This document shows, in pieces, positions 1 through 10,044 of a stretch of DNA of 64,000 nucleotides. The translations under genes were made by a program, and so were the position numbers. The stretch is taken from contig JAZDLQ010000017.1 of NCBI GenBank assembly GCA_043801855.1, positions 15,202-79,201 on the forward strand, written 5' to 3'. The notes below the pieces were generated by a model. The model did not search any database and was not told where the DNA came from. It saw only the letters and a list, made by a program, of their open reading frames with translations. Source of the DNA: an archaeon (GTDB lineage Archaea; Nanobdellota; Nanobdellia; Woesearchaeales; GW2011-AR15). Positions within the stretch are counted from its first letter, which is position 1. The number at the start of each line of letters is the position of its first letter.

Positions 1-1
1 A

Positions 2-382
2 GTGTATGCATTCACTGATGGAGATATTTACGGTTGGATGAACATATACAGAACTTTGAAGGTAGGATCTGGTAATGCTGCTCACATTAACAAATATTTC
101 TGCGTACCAAATGCCAGATTTTTGGGAGTCACTGCAAGAGATATAATTGATTATAAATTGCCAACACATCCTCTTAAGGATATAGATATTAAAAGAGGCA
201 AAGATGCTATTAAGAATGACCCCTTTGTGATACAGCATAAAGAATGGCAAAAAGCAATTATTGAAATGTCATTAATGAAGAAAAGAGCAGAACAACAAGC
301 TTTGGCAAGATGGGGTCTTAATTACGTTATTAGTAATTATTTACCTGACAAACTTAAAAACCCAAAAACTTGGTTGCCTTGA
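2..382 (+). CDS. top6A: DNA topoisomerase VI subunit A (Spo11-like), C-terminal fragment; 5' end lies outside the window
   Basis: Toprim-like FTDGDIYGW acidic motif, then RFLGVTARDI and a KAIIEMS..ALARWGLNYVISNYLPDKL tail as in archaeal Top6A. The ORF enters from the window edge. Confidence 0.6.
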   Translation: MYAFTDGDIYGWMNIYRTLKVGSGNAAHINKYFCVPNARFLGVTARDIIDYKLPTHPLKDIDIKRGKDAIKNDPFVIQHKEWQKAIIEMSLMKKRAEQQALARWGLNYVISNYLPDKLKNPKTWLP

Positions 383-441
383 TCTTTTAATTTCCACAAC
401 TTTTTTATTTCCCAATTTGTTCTCCATAATACTGATTTTCA

Positions 442-1260
442 ATGAATAAATTATTAACCCTCAAAAAAGTGGATAATGAGAGATGGGCATTTGTGTGGCC
501 CTGTATAAATAATGACCTTCTTTATGACGGTTTTGAGCATATGGGTGGAGGAAGCAAAGCTAAAGCAAAAAAATGTTTTGAAAAAGTGTTATCTGTTTTT
601 CCTAACCATATTGATGCTCTCTGCGCCATGTCTTCTCTTGAAAAAGACAGATTAAAATCCCTTGCATATTTGAACAAAGCATTAAATATCGGAAAAAAAG
701 CGATTCCAGAAGGATTTGATATGAAAAAAGACAGGATTGAATGGATATTTTTGGAGAACAGGGCATTCTTAAGGGCATATCACACTTATGGCTTATTTTT
801 ATTGAATGAAAACCAAACAGAAAAAGCAGTAAAAGTTTTTGAGCAGATGCTTATCTGGAATCCAAATGACAACCAGGGTGTGCGAGATATACTGGCAGAT
901 ATTTATATACAATTGGAAGACTGGAGAAAAATGCTTTGGCTTGGAAATAAATATAAGGGAGATTCCAGCCCATCAATTTCTTATGCATGGGCGCTTATTT
1001 TATTTATGACAAAAAGAAGAGAAGAGGCAGACAAAGCTCTTTTTGAAGCAATTAAGTTTCTTCCATTGTGTGCCAAGGAATTAATAAAGAAAACGCATAA
1101 AAAACCAAAAACCGACATGCCGGGGCATATTGCTTTCGGAGGAGAAGATCAGGCTTATGAATTCTGGGAGACCCAAGGTCAGTTTAAAGCATGGCAGGAT
1201 GAAGAAGTGCAAAAATGGATTGGCAACATGGTTGAAAAAGTCCATGAGAAAAAAATATGA
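442..1260 (+). CDS. helical-repeat (TPR-like) protein, function unknown
   Basis: 272-aa ORF in the same orientation as neighbours with repetitive amphipathic helices (..ALNIGKKAI.., ..AVKVFEQMLIWNPND..). No catalytic motifs seen. Confidence 0.45.
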   Translation: MNKLLTLKKVDNERWAFVWPCINNDLLYDGFEHMGGGSKAKAKKCFEKVLSVFPNHIDALCAMSSLEKDRLKSLAYLNKALNIGKKAIPEGFDMKKDRIEWIFLENRAFLRAYHTYGLFLLNENQTEKAVKVFEQMLIWNPNDNQGVRDILADIYIQLEDWRKMLWLGNKYKGDSSPSISYAWALILFMTKRREEADKALFEAIKFLPLCAKELIKKTHKKPKTDMPGHIAFGGEDQAYEFWETQGQFKAWQDEEVQKWIGNMVEKVHEKKI

Positions 1261-1286
1261 ATTGCAAGTACAAAAGGTAGAAAAAA

Positions 1287-1679
1287 ATGGATGAAAAAAC
1301 AGTAAACGTCAATTGTGATTTCTGTGGAAAAGAAATAGAATGCCCCATAAGCATGATGGAAAAATCAAAAAAGCACATGTGCCATGAATGCTTTTTGGAA
1401 AGGCCAAAAAACGGGAGTGATGAAGAGCTTAAGGATGTGCATGTTGATTTTCCAACAGAAGATTTTATAGAAGAAGCAGCAAATATGATGGTTGGCAAAA
1501 TGGTTGATGAAACGTTTCCAAGCCTTTGGAGCGAGAGAAAAAATCAGCTTAAGGAATTGTCTAAAAAGGAGTTGGCACAGGAGATGTTTGGTGCAGGAGC
1601 ATACCTTGCACTCAGCACTTTTATGAAATTACAGCATGAAGAGGAAAAAAAAGAGGCAGATAAAAAGGAAGTGTCTTAA
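1287..1679 (+). CDS. small zinc-ribbon protein (CxxC...CxxC)
   Basis: NCDFCGKEIEC ... HMCHECF cysteine pairs at the N-terminus followed by an acidic C-terminal half. A-rich region upstream of the ATG. Confidence 0.45.
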   Translation: MDEKTVNVNCDFCGKEIECPISMMEKSKKHMCHECFLERPKNGSDEELKDVHVDFPTEDFIEEAANMMVGKMVDETFPSLWSERKNQLKELSKKELAQEMFGAGAYLALSTFMKLQHEEEKKEADKKEVS

Positions 1680-1680
1680 A

Positions 1681-2406
1681 ATGGAACAACTCAAAAAACT
1701 TATTGAAAAAGGAAAAGATGCATTTGAAGCAAATGATTATGAAAAGGCAATTAATTATTTTGAAAAAGCACTTAAAATTGATAGAAATAATATTGATGCG
1801 TTGCAATATCTTGGTGTTTGCCTGACCATGGCTGGAAATCCTGGAACAGGGCTCCTTTTATTGAATCGTGCGCTTGAGCAGAATCCTGATAAAGATAAAA
1901 AGATTGAAATTTATGCTGCTCTTGCCAATGCATTCAGCTTCAAGGGGCAGGAAAAAGGAGACACAAGATTCTATGATAAATCAATAGAGATCAACACAAT
2001 TGTATTAAAAGAACTTAAGGATGAAGGAACCTATCTAAATTTAGGCAATGTTTACAAATATAAGCAGGATTACAAAAATTCAATTAAGATATTTAATGAA
2101 GGGTTAACCAAGTATCCTAAAAGCGCAAGGCTTATGGTTCATCTTGGAAACACATTTTCTGCACAAAGTGATGACAATGGAAATTTCCCAACTGAAGCAG
2201 TTGAAATGTATAATCAGGCAAAAAAAATTGATCCAAATTATATTGGCTCTTATCTTAACCTTGGGATAGCATATATGAATGTTGGAGAGGATAAGCTTGC
2301 AGAAAAAGAATTTCGACAAGTGTTAAAGCTGGATCCTTATAATGAGCAGGCGATTTTTTTTCTTGAAGATATTAAAAAACAAAACAGAATAATGAAGCTA
2401 GCCTGA
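1681..2406 (+). CDS. TPR repeat protein
   Basis: Several canonical 34-aa TPR units (AINYFEKALKIDRNNIDALQYLG; SYLNLGIAYMNVGEDKLAEKEFRQVLKLDPYN). The start is probably the internal ATG at 1681 (MEQLKK) rather than the overlapping 1636. Confidence 0.6.
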   Translation: MEQLKKLIEKGKDAFEANDYEKAINYFEKALKIDRNNIDALQYLGVCLTMAGNPGTGLLLLNRALEQNPDKDKKIEIYAALANAFSFKGQEKGDTRFYDKSIEINTIVLKELKDEGTYLNLGNVYKYKQDYKNSIKIFNEGLTKYPKSARLMVHLGNTFSAQSDDNGNFPTEAVEMYNQAKKIDPNYIGSYLNLGIAYMNVGEDKLAEKEFRQVLKLDPYNEQAIFFLEDIKKQNRIMKLA

Positions 2407-2423
2407 GCAATTGAAAGATAAAA

Positions 2424-5291
2424 ATGGACGAGCTTCAAGCAACAATTGTTTCGGATGAGCTTTTCGTATGGGGCTTTTCTTCGCATACAGATGAGGTTTT
2501 CACTCCTTATTTGCGGCTCGAAAAAATATATGATGAACTTGGAATGTCCGGAAAGGAATGCAGCGCAGAAATAATGCTTCCATATTCTGAAGAAAAACTA
2601 GTAGTTTCGCAAGGCATGCAGATTTTTTACAGCCAATACGATGTTGGAGAAATAACGCAAAAAAAAATCATTGTTAAGGGAATTGAGCTGGACAAAAAAT
2701 TAATATTTAATATTTTCCTTAACAATGAAAAGCAGCACGGGATTTCTTTTGGCGATTCTTATGATTTTTTAAGGTTGTGCGCCAAATTTGCACTAAGCCT
2801 GGTTTCCAGGGAAAGGTTTGTTCCTTTCCATAATGAAAACAGAAGCGCTTTTAGCGCAAATTTTGACAACACTAAAGATTATGAAATATTTCTTGCGCTG
2901 GCTCACCAAGCTCCGCTTTCTATTGGAATAGATGTTAGTAAGAATAACAGCGAAGAAATAGTAAAGGCAGCAATTAATTTTTTTGTGGAGCTAATTGTTC
3001 AAAGTGCGCTTGAAAAAATATCCATACGGCATAATAATACTGATACAGACAAATGGCTTATTGGGCTATGTGGAAAATATGCAGCTCTCTCAAAAGAAAT
3101 AGCAAATGGATTAGATGAGTGGCTTGCCATAAGAAAAGTTAACAAAAGCCAGGAATTTAGCCTGATGTTTAGGCTTATCGAGCCAGAGGAAGGGAAATGG
3201 GCACTATCTTTTAATATCCAGTCAAGAAAAGATCCCAGCTTAATTTATAATCTTTCAGACATATGGAAAAGCAAGAGCGCTCCTGTGACAAAAGTATTTT
3301 TATTATCTGAACTTGGAGCAGCCTCAAAATATTCAAAAGTTATTGAAAGAGCGCTATATAAGCCAAGTCCCGCAGAATCAATTCTATCTGATGATGAAGC
3401 ACATTTCTTTATGATAAATGACAGCTTTTTTCTAAATGATGCCGGGTTTAACATACAGATTCCTAAGATAAATTATGCGCATCTAAAAGAATTTAGAATT
3501 AAGGTTAGGCTAAAAAATAACGGCAAGATTGCAGGCACAGGAATGCTTGGCAGCTCTTTATTTGATTTTGATTATACTGTTGCAATCGGCGACCTTGTGC
3601 TGTCAAAAGAGGAATTCAATAATCTTTCAATGGCAAAGCAAAAGCTTGTGAATGTTAATGGCAAATGGGTTGAAATTAATCAGAGTGACATAAATAAAGT
3701 CATTCAATTCTTTGAGAAAAAAAAGCTTCTGTCACTGCAGGACACATTTGCTGCAGGCCTTAATGGGATAATAATTGATGAAATTTCTTTTCCTAATGAA
3801 ATTGAAAAGAAAGTAAATGGCCTGTTCAATTTCAGCGGTTTGCCGATGCTTGAATGCCCTGATAAAATTAAAGGAAGCCTAAGGCCTTATCAATTGCAGG
3901 GATACTCATGGATGGTATTTTTAAATAACCTTGGGTTTGGCGGAATTCTTGCCGATGATATGGGTCTTGGAAAAACAATTCAGGCAATAGCATACCTAAT
4001 GCATTTAGGCAAACAATCACTTGTTATATGCCCCACTTCAGTTATTGGAAATTGGCAGCGGGAATTAAAAACATTTGCGCCATCACTAAATGTTTTAGTG
4101 CATCATGGCTCAAAAAGGCTGACAAAAGCTGCATTTGAAAATGAAATAAAAAACAAAGATGTTATTATAACAAGCTATTCTACTCTGCGAATAGATGAAG
4201 AATTGTTTAAGAAAACACAATGGGAAGCGCTAATTCTTGATGAAGCGCAAAATATTAAAAACTGCTATACTAAGCAGGCTTTGGCAATAACTAAACTAAA
4301 TGCAAATGGAAAGTTTTGCCTTTCAGGAACTCCAATTGAAAACAGGCTGTCAGAATTATGGTCACTATTTAATTTTGTAAATCCAGGGCTTCTTGGCGGG
4401 TGGAATTCGTTTAGGGATAATATTGCCGCACCTATTGAGGTTAATGGAGATGCAGTGAAAACTGAAATATTAAAGCGAATAACATCTCCATTTATATTAA
4501 GAAGACTAAAAACTGATAAAAAAATAATAAAAGACCTTCCTGAAAAAACAGAGATAAAAGAATATTGTACATTAACAAAAGAGCAAGCAACACTATACCA
4601 GGCAATTGTTGACGATACTCTTATTAAAGCAAAGGAAGATGCAAATGGCAGAAGAGCAGTTATTATGGCTGCCCTTATTAAGCTTAAGCAGGTGTGCAAT
4701 CATCCATCAAATTACCTTAAAGACACAAAAAAGCTGGGAGAGAGAAGCGGAAAAGTTGCGAGGCTTCGGGAGCTTGTTAAAGATATACTTGAGAACAATG
4801 AAAAATGCCTTATATTTACCCAATACACTGAAATGGGAGAAATGCTAAAGCTTGATCTTGAAGAAATTTTTGATGAGCCAGTATTATTTTTACATGGAAG
4901 CCTAGACAGGACAAAAAGAGAAAAAATGATTGATATTTTTCAGTCTATTGATAATGCCTCTCCAAGAATATTTATCCTTTCTCTTAAAGCAGGAGGGCTA
5001 GGGATAAACTTAACAAAAGCAAACCATGTAATTCATTTTGACAGGTGGTGGAATCCTGCTGTTGAGAACCAGGCTACTGACAGGGCATACAGGATAGGCC
5101 AGGAAAAGAATGTTTTTGCATACAAATTTATTGCTGAAGGAACAATTGAGGAAAAAATAGATGACATGATTATTAGAAAACTTTATTTATCAGATTCAGT
5201 TCTTACAAAAGGGGATACTGCGATTACTGAGCTTGATAATGAGTCGCTAAAAGAGATATTAAGCTTAAGAAAAAATTATCTTGAGGAATAA
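2424..5291 (+). CDS. SNF2-family DNA-dependent ATPase/helicase (RapA/YwqA-like) with N-terminal SNF2-associated region
   Basis: Motif I LADDMGLGKTIQAIA, DEAQNIKN (motif II), LSGTPIEN (motif III), helicase-C HFDRWWNPAVENQATDRAYRIGQ. 955 aa. Confidence 0.85.
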   Translation: MDELQATIVSDELFVWGFSSHTDEVFTPYLRLEKIYDELGMSGKECSAEIMLPYSEEKLVVSQGMQIFYSQYDVGEITQKKIIVKGIELDKKLIFNIFLNNEKQHGISFGDSYDFLRLCAKFALSLVSRERFVPFHNENRSAFSANFDNTKDYEIFLALAHQAPLSIGIDVSKNNSEEIVKAAINFFVELIVQSALEKISIRHNNTDTDKWLIGLCGKYAALSKEIANGLDEWLAIRKVNKSQEFSLMFRLIEPEEGKWALSFNIQSRKDPSLIYNLSDIWKSKSAPVTKVFLLSELGAASKYSKVIERALYKPSPAESILSDDEAHFFMINDSFFLNDAGFNIQIPKINYAHLKEFRIKVRLKNNGKIAGTGMLGSSLFDFDYTVAIGDLVLSKEEFNNLSMAKQKLVNVNGKWVEINQSDINKVIQFFEKKKLLSLQDTFAAGLNGIIIDEISFPNEIEKKVNGLFNFSGLPMLECPDKIKGSLRPYQLQGYSWMVFLNNLGFGGILADDMGLGKTIQAIAYLMHLGKQSLVICPTSVIGNWQRELKTFAPSLNVLVHHGSKRLTKAAFENEIKNKDVIITSYSTLRIDEELFKKTQWEALILDEAQNIKNCYTKQALAITKLNANGKFCLSGTPIENRLSELWSLFNFVNPGLLGGWNSFRDNIAAPIEVNGDAVKTEILKRITSPFILRRLKTDKKIIKDLPEKTEIKEYCTLTKEQATLYQAIVDDTLIKAKEDANGRRAVIMAALIKLKQVCNHPSNYLKDTKKLGERSGKVARLRELVKDILENNEKCLIFTQYTEMGEMLKLDLEEIFDEPVLFLHGSLDRTKREKMIDIFQSIDNASPRIFILSLKAGGLGINLTKANHVIHFDRWWNPAVENQATDRAYRIGQEKNVFAYKFIAEGTIEEKIDDMIIRKLYLSDSVLTKGDTAITELDNESLKEILSLRKNYLEE

Positions 5292-5293
5292 AA

Positions 5294-5971
5294 ATGGGAT
5301 ACTATGAATATTATCATTTTCCAAAAGCAAGCCCAAGGCCAAAAGCAGCGCCTGGCAAGGAAAGAAAAAAATTCGGGGCAACATGGTGGGGAAAAAGATG
5401 GGTCGACTTGCTTTCGAAGTTTGAATATGACCAAAGAATGTCAAGGGGAAGAGCGTATGCCAGAGCAAATCATGTAAAAAATTTTAAGATTAGCGAAGGA
5501 AAAATTTCTGCAACTGTTCAAGGCTCAAGCGGAAATTACAGAGTAAGCATTTCTTTTGATAAATTTAAAGAAAAAGAATGGGATGAGATAACTGCTAAGC
5601 TTTCAGAAGTGCCAATATTGTTTGGAAAGCTTCTTAATAATGAAATGCCAGAAAATATGAAGGAGATAACCGGGTTTGAGTTTATTCCGGATAAATTTAA
5701 ATCTGAATGCAGCTGCCCGGACTATGCAAACCCATGCAAGCATATTGCAGCGGTCTTCTACACTCTTGCAGATGAAATTGACTATAGCCCAATGATTCTG
5801 TTTGCCTTAAGAGGAAAAAGCAAGGAATCACTTTTTGAAAAAACTGGCTTAGAAGAAAAGCAACAGCAACCTGTAAAATCAAGCATTGAATTAGCAAAAA
5901 CAAAGAAAATAAAAACTGTAAAAAAGGCAGTAAAAAGCAATACAAAAAAGAAAGCAAATAAAAAGGAATAA
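5294..5971 (+). CDS. SWIM zinc-finger protein, partner of the SNF2 helicase
   Basis: CSCPDYANPCKHIAAVFY matches the SWIM CxC..CxH signature. Starts 3 nt after the helicase stop (coupled). Lys-rich C-terminal tail. Confidence 0.7.
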   Translation: MGYYEYYHFPKASPRPKAAPGKERKKFGATWWGKRWVDLLSKFEYDQRMSRGRAYARANHVKNFKISEGKISATVQGSSGNYRVSISFDKFKEKEWDEITAKLSEVPILFGKLLNNEMPENMKEITGFEFIPDKFKSECSCPDYANPCKHIAAVFYTLADEIDYSPMILFALRGKSKESLFEKTGLEEKQQQPVKSSIELAKTKKIKTVKKAVKSNTKKKANKKE

Positions 5972-5973
5972 CA

Positions 5974-6198
5974 ATGAAAAATTTTTACTCATTTAGAACT
6001 AAGGCTAATATACATATAGCTATACAGCAGCCTGAAGTTGAAATGAGCGTAATTAAGAGATTAGGAAAGCCAAAGTTCTATGTTTCAAATAATGATTTTG
6101 ATGAAATCATGGGAAAAATGTACAAAACTGCCTCAAAAAAAGCATTGGATATTGCGCTAAATTCAGGTAAGAACACAAATGCATACAGAAACCCTTGA
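5974..6198 (+). CDS. small hypothetical protein
   Basis: 74-aa ORF packed between the SWIM and DUF45 genes, overlapping the next start. No recognisable motif. Confidence 0.3.
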   Translation: MKNFYSFRTKANIHIAIQQPEVEMSVIKRLGKPKFYVSNNDFDEIMGKMYKTASKKALDIALNSGKNTNAYRNP

Positions 6199-6907
6199 CA
6201 TTGACGGAAAAAATATTATTTTTAATATTTATCATGAAAACAGGAATAGTGCGCGCTGCTCTATTGGAAAAAACGCTGTAATTATAAGGCTTCCTTCTGC
6301 TCTAAGTGAGCGTGAAAAATACAAATGGGTATTAAAATATAAAATCTGGGCAATAAAAAAAATAAAAGAAATGCCGCAGAATACTATACTGAATAGATGC
6401 AAAATTTACAAAGATGCGGATGTGCTTGAAATTGGCGATGAAAAATTTTATCTTAGCATTTCATCTGCAGAAAAAGTATCCAGCAGCGCAAGGCTAATTG
6501 AGGATAAAATTATTATTATTCTTTCTTCAAATTTGTCGGATAATTGGAAAAATAAAGTAACATCAACTCTTCTAAGCAGAGTCATTGCAAAAAAAAGGAT
6601 GCCTAAATTAGTCCAAAGAATTAACGAGCTAAATAAAACGCATTTCAATAAGCCGATAAACAAGATTTTTTTCAAAAACACCAGTTCAAGGTGGGGAAGC
6701 TGCTCAAAAGCTGGAAACATAAATATTTCAACTCGGCTTTTATTTGCGCCTGATGATGTGCTGACATATGTGTGCCTCCATGAGCTTGCGCATTTAATTG
6801 AGCCAAACCATAGCAAAAACTACTGGGAGCTTGTTGAAAATGCAATGCCTGATTATAAAAAGCACATTAACTGGCTGAAGGAGAATGGGCATAAGTGCAT
6901 GTTTTAG
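6179..6907 (+). CDS. YgjP/DUF45-like zinc-dependent metallohydrolase (M48/WLM-like)
   Basis: C-terminal HELAHLIEPNHSKNYWELVENAMPDYKKHINWL matches the HExxH..NHs..FW...P.y signature of the YgjP (UTP pyrophosphatase-like) family. Confidence 0.7.
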   Translation: MHTETLDIDGKNIIFNIYHENRNSARCSIGKNAVIIRLPSALSEREKYKWVLKYKIWAIKKIKEMPQNTILNRCKIYKDADVLEIGDEKFYLSISSAEKVSSSARLIEDKIIIILSSNLSDNWKNKVTSTLLSRVIAKKRMPKLVQRINELNKTHFNKPINKIFFKNTSSRWGSCSKAGNINISTRLLFAPDDVLTYVCLHELAHLIEPNHSKNYWELVENAMPDYKKHINWLKENGHKCMF

Positions 6908-6948
6908 CCTATACAGCATGAACAGGAAAAAAACCAAAGGTAGATAAC

Positions 6949-8031
6949 ATGACACAAAAAAACGCTGAAGCAGATAAATGGTATAACAAGTATGAGAAAA
7001 TTAAAGGCCATGAAGAAAAAATCAAGACAGTTCTTGATATATGCAGTTCCAATAAGCCAATAGAATTTTACAAGTATGTTGATATATTTGAAATAATTGA
7101 CAGTGACATCCAAAAGGGATTTATGGAAAACGAAAATTTATCTTTGTATTTTGAGTTTCTTGATAAATTCATGGAACAGTGCCCAGTTGCTTTTTCAGTC
7201 GATTTCATGTGGTACATAAGAGAAATGATTAAATGGCATGTATATAAAGAAAATTACGATAAAGTGCACAGGTTAGCTAATTATCTTATTGAGAACCCAA
7301 AGGAAGAGCCAGACATAATTTTTGACATAATAGACCACCTTATACTTAACAATTGCATTGATGACGCTTCGAGTTTATCTGAAAAATATTATCGTGTATT
7401 AAGTGATGGCAAAGAAACATTGGGTGGCGGTATTTTTGAAATGGCGATAATTGGAAGCATGCTTGCTATTAGTAAATGCCTTCAAGAAAATAGTTGTAAT
7501 TATGATGCGCTAATAAAAATACTGGATAAATATGGTCTTGGGCAAGAGGAAAAAATTATTAAAAAAAGAGTGGATATTCTTAACAAAAAAATAGGATATG
7601 CAGAATGGCAAGATGATAATCTCACTAAAAAAGAATATATTTATTTGCTTACGCTTGAATTTGCAATGTATTTAAATGAGAATTATAAATTAGATTATGC
7701 TGTCTCGCTTTATCTACATATTCTTATCCTTAATTATTTGCTTGAGACTAAACAAAAAATTGATGTGAAATTAAACCACAAAATAACAGACGAATATATT
7801 GCATCATATGCAGGCGGTATGTGCTCACTTTCGCAGTCGCGCGCATTTGGAATACTTGTTGCGCTGAACTTTTTTTATGATTTTTTAAAGTCTAAGTGTA
7901 TTATCGACAATGATACATATTCAACCTCACAGAAAACACTCACCAAGTTAAATTTGGATTTGCTGCATGCATTTGAAAACAGCATTTGGAGATATAATTT
8001 TGCATTGAAATATCTATACTCAAAGAAATAA
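6949..8031 (+). CDS. hypothetical protein
   Basis: 360-aa ORF with A-rich/GG upstream region. All-helical-looking, no motif recognised. Confidence 0.45.
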   Translation: MTQKNAEADKWYNKYEKIKGHEEKIKTVLDICSSNKPIEFYKYVDIFEIIDSDIQKGFMENENLSLYFEFLDKFMEQCPVAFSVDFMWYIREMIKWHVYKENYDKVHRLANYLIENPKEEPDIIFDIIDHLILNNCIDDASSLSEKYYRVLSDGKETLGGGIFEMAIIGSMLAISKCLQENSCNYDALIKILDKYGLGQEEKIIKKRVDILNKKIGYAEWQDDNLTKKEYIYLLTLEFAMYLNENYKLDYAVSLYLHILILNYLLETKQKIDVKLNHKITDEYIASYAGGMCSLSQSRAFGILVALNFFYDFLKSKCIIDNDTYSTSQKTLTKLNLDLLHAFENSIWRYNFALKYLYSKK

Positions 8032-8089
8032 ATTTTCAGACAAAATTTAGTCTTTTCATAATAAGCAACCGGCATATAAGATTGTATAA

Positions 8090-8905
8090 TTAATTATGCC
8101 TGTTGTTATAAGTAAAATCAAGTTTCATTTGTGAATCTTTTTTCATTTCTTTATCGCCTTTTGACATATCCTGCAAAGCATGCCATCCGTTTTTCAAAAG
8201 GTGCTCTAATTTATTCTGTTCTGCAAATTTCACTGCTCTTTGGTAAAATTGCGCTGCATTACTTTTTTCTGTTTCCTTTGGGTCAAAATAAATATCTCTG
8301 CCAACAAGCCTTATGATATATTTTTTGTGCTCCATTTCAAGCCACGATTGAAGCGGTTCACCAATCTTGTCAATTATGACCTGAAATCCTGCTTCTCTTA
8401 AATCATCCTTAGCTTTGATATTAATATACCCTGTACATATTCTAATGATAGTTGATTCCTGCAAGGGATGTATTGAGTGAATTATTTCAAATGCCTTTTT
8501 AGCATATTCGTCAAGGTATGCTTTTTCTGCAAATAAATTACCTTGAAAAAAAGATACATTTATTTCTTTAGTATGGAACATTTCTGTTTCTGAATCATAT
8601 GCTCCGCACAGAACGCCTCCAAGAGGAAAGCCCCAGCCACTGTCGTCAATCATGATAATACGCTTTCTGCTTAGGTCTTCACGCTCTTTTCCTGATATGA
8701 GCTCATCAAGAAGCAATTTATCCGTTGTTACAAGAGTCAGCCTGCCTTTTTTGTTATGATATACTTTTATATTGAAAGAGGAAGGTGATTTTACACCGTT
8801 TCCTTTTTTATGAACAAGAAGGCTTGTATTGTTTTCTATAACATCAGGCAGGCTAATTTTTTTGATTTTTTCAAGATATGAGTGGTCAATTATTTCAGTG
8901 AACAT
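8090..8905 (-). CDS. hypothetical protein
   Basis: 271-aa ORF, last gene of a minus-strand operon (10842->8090). Conserved-looking IIMIDDSGWGFPLGGVLCG core but the family was not recognised. Confidence 0.45.
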   Translation of the reverse strand: MFTEIIDHSYLEKIKKISLPDVIENNTSLLVHKKGNGVKSPSSFNIKVYHNKKGRLTLVTTDKLLLDELISGKEREDLSRKRIIMIDDSGWGFPLGGVLCGAYDSETEMFHTKEINVSFFQGNLFAEKAYLDEYAKKAFEIIHSIHPLQESTIIRICTGYINIKAKDDLREAGFQVIIDKIGEPLQSWLEMEHKKYIIRLVGRDIYFDPKETEKSNAAQFYQRAVKFAEQNKLEHLLKNGWHALQDMSKGDKEMKKDSQMKLDFTYNNRHN

Positions 8906-8934
8906 TTTAGTTTACCTTATTGTTATATTTTGAC

Positions 8935-10035
8935 TCATATATTCTTCACAATCGCCATCAGCGAGTATTTTTTGCCGTATTTTGCAATTATCTCATTTTT
9001 TGTCTTGATAAAAAACCTTCCACTTTTATCAAGCTTTTTAATGTCTTTAAGCAATTCTCCTGCTTTTTTATAATGAAAACCTGTTCCTGAATCAATCCAG
9101 CCTATGCACATCTTCTTTTTTAACTCACAAGATAGCATTGGATAATTTTTTGCAAGTTTTTCAGACAGCATTTCAGTAAATCCATGCTCATTAAAGCCTT
9201 TATAGTAGTCATAAGCCTTCTTGTAATCCTTTTCTTCATAATAAAGCCTGGATAAAAATATTTTTTTGCCTTTTTTTTCAGCTGTGTCAACAATCTTTTT
9301 TAGATAATTCTGCCATTCATTTTTTGAGGCAATGCTTTTTAGGAGAAGATAATACTTAATATCAAAGGCATAAATCAAAGCATCAAGAATTGTTTTTGTT
9401 AGTTCAGCGTTTTTTCCAATTTTTTTATAGATTTCAATTTTTTTGTCAAAAGCAAACATCTTAACATAGGATTCGCCAGGCATATTATCACTTGCATCAA
9501 GAGCTTCATCTAACCTATTTAGTGAAATTAATTTTGTGATAAGTGCAGGATAATTTTTATGGCTTTTTTCATAATCAAGATACTCTTCATTTAGATTTAA
9601 CTTTTCGCATATTTCAGGATATATTGAATTGAATAATGAATCTGTTTCATCACCTTCCAATTCTTCTATGTCTTCGCTGTATGTGCCTATATCACTTTTA
9701 TGTTTTATTTTCTCTTTTTGCTCAAATTCATGCAGTTTTTTTCTTATTAATTCTATATCCTCTTTTTTTGTGCATAAACCAACAAGCGCTTTTGCATAGC
9801 TGTTCTCATTGCCATAATCCTCTTTTTCAATTATTGATATTATTTTATCTGCAAATATTTCCTTATACTTCTTATCATCAAATAGCGTAGCAAACATCTC
9901 CCCGTACATCAAAAACCAATCCTCAAGAAAGATTCCCAAATCGCCCTCATCAAAATATTCTTCACCCCTATAATAAATTGTGCTGCCAAATAGGTCCCTA
10001 ATGTCTTTTTTTTCAATATCAAAAAGCGATTTCAT
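8935..10035 (-). CDS. hypothetical protein
   Basis: 366-aa ORF. A 9-nt gap to the upstream gene suggests an operon. Acidic, helical. Confidence 0.45.
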   Translation of the reverse strand: MKSLFDIEKKDIRDLFGSTIYYRGEEYFDEGDLGIFLEDWFLMYGEMFATLFDDKKYKEIFADKIISIIEKEDYGNENSYAKALVGLCTKKEDIELIRKKLHEFEQKEKIKHKSDIGTYSEDIEELEGDETDSLFNSIYPEICEKLNLNEEYLDYEKSHKNYPALITKLISLNRLDEALDASDNMPGESYVKMFAFDKKIEIYKKIGKNAELTKTILDALIYAFDIKYYLLLKSIASKNEWQNYLKKIVDTAEKKGKKIFLSRLYYEEKDYKKAYDYYKGFNEHGFTEMLSEKLAKNYPMLSCELKKKMCIGWIDSGTGFHYKKAGELLKDIKKLDKSGRFFIKTKNEIIAKYGKKYSLMAIVKNI

Positions 10036-10044
10036 TCTATTTCC

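Noticed and set aside
3245-5468. Antisense/overlapping ORFs inside the SNF2 gene (3245-3454, 4265-4699, 4606-4848, 5265-5468)
   Set aside because: Shadow ORFs within a strongly supported coding frame. Low-complexity translations.
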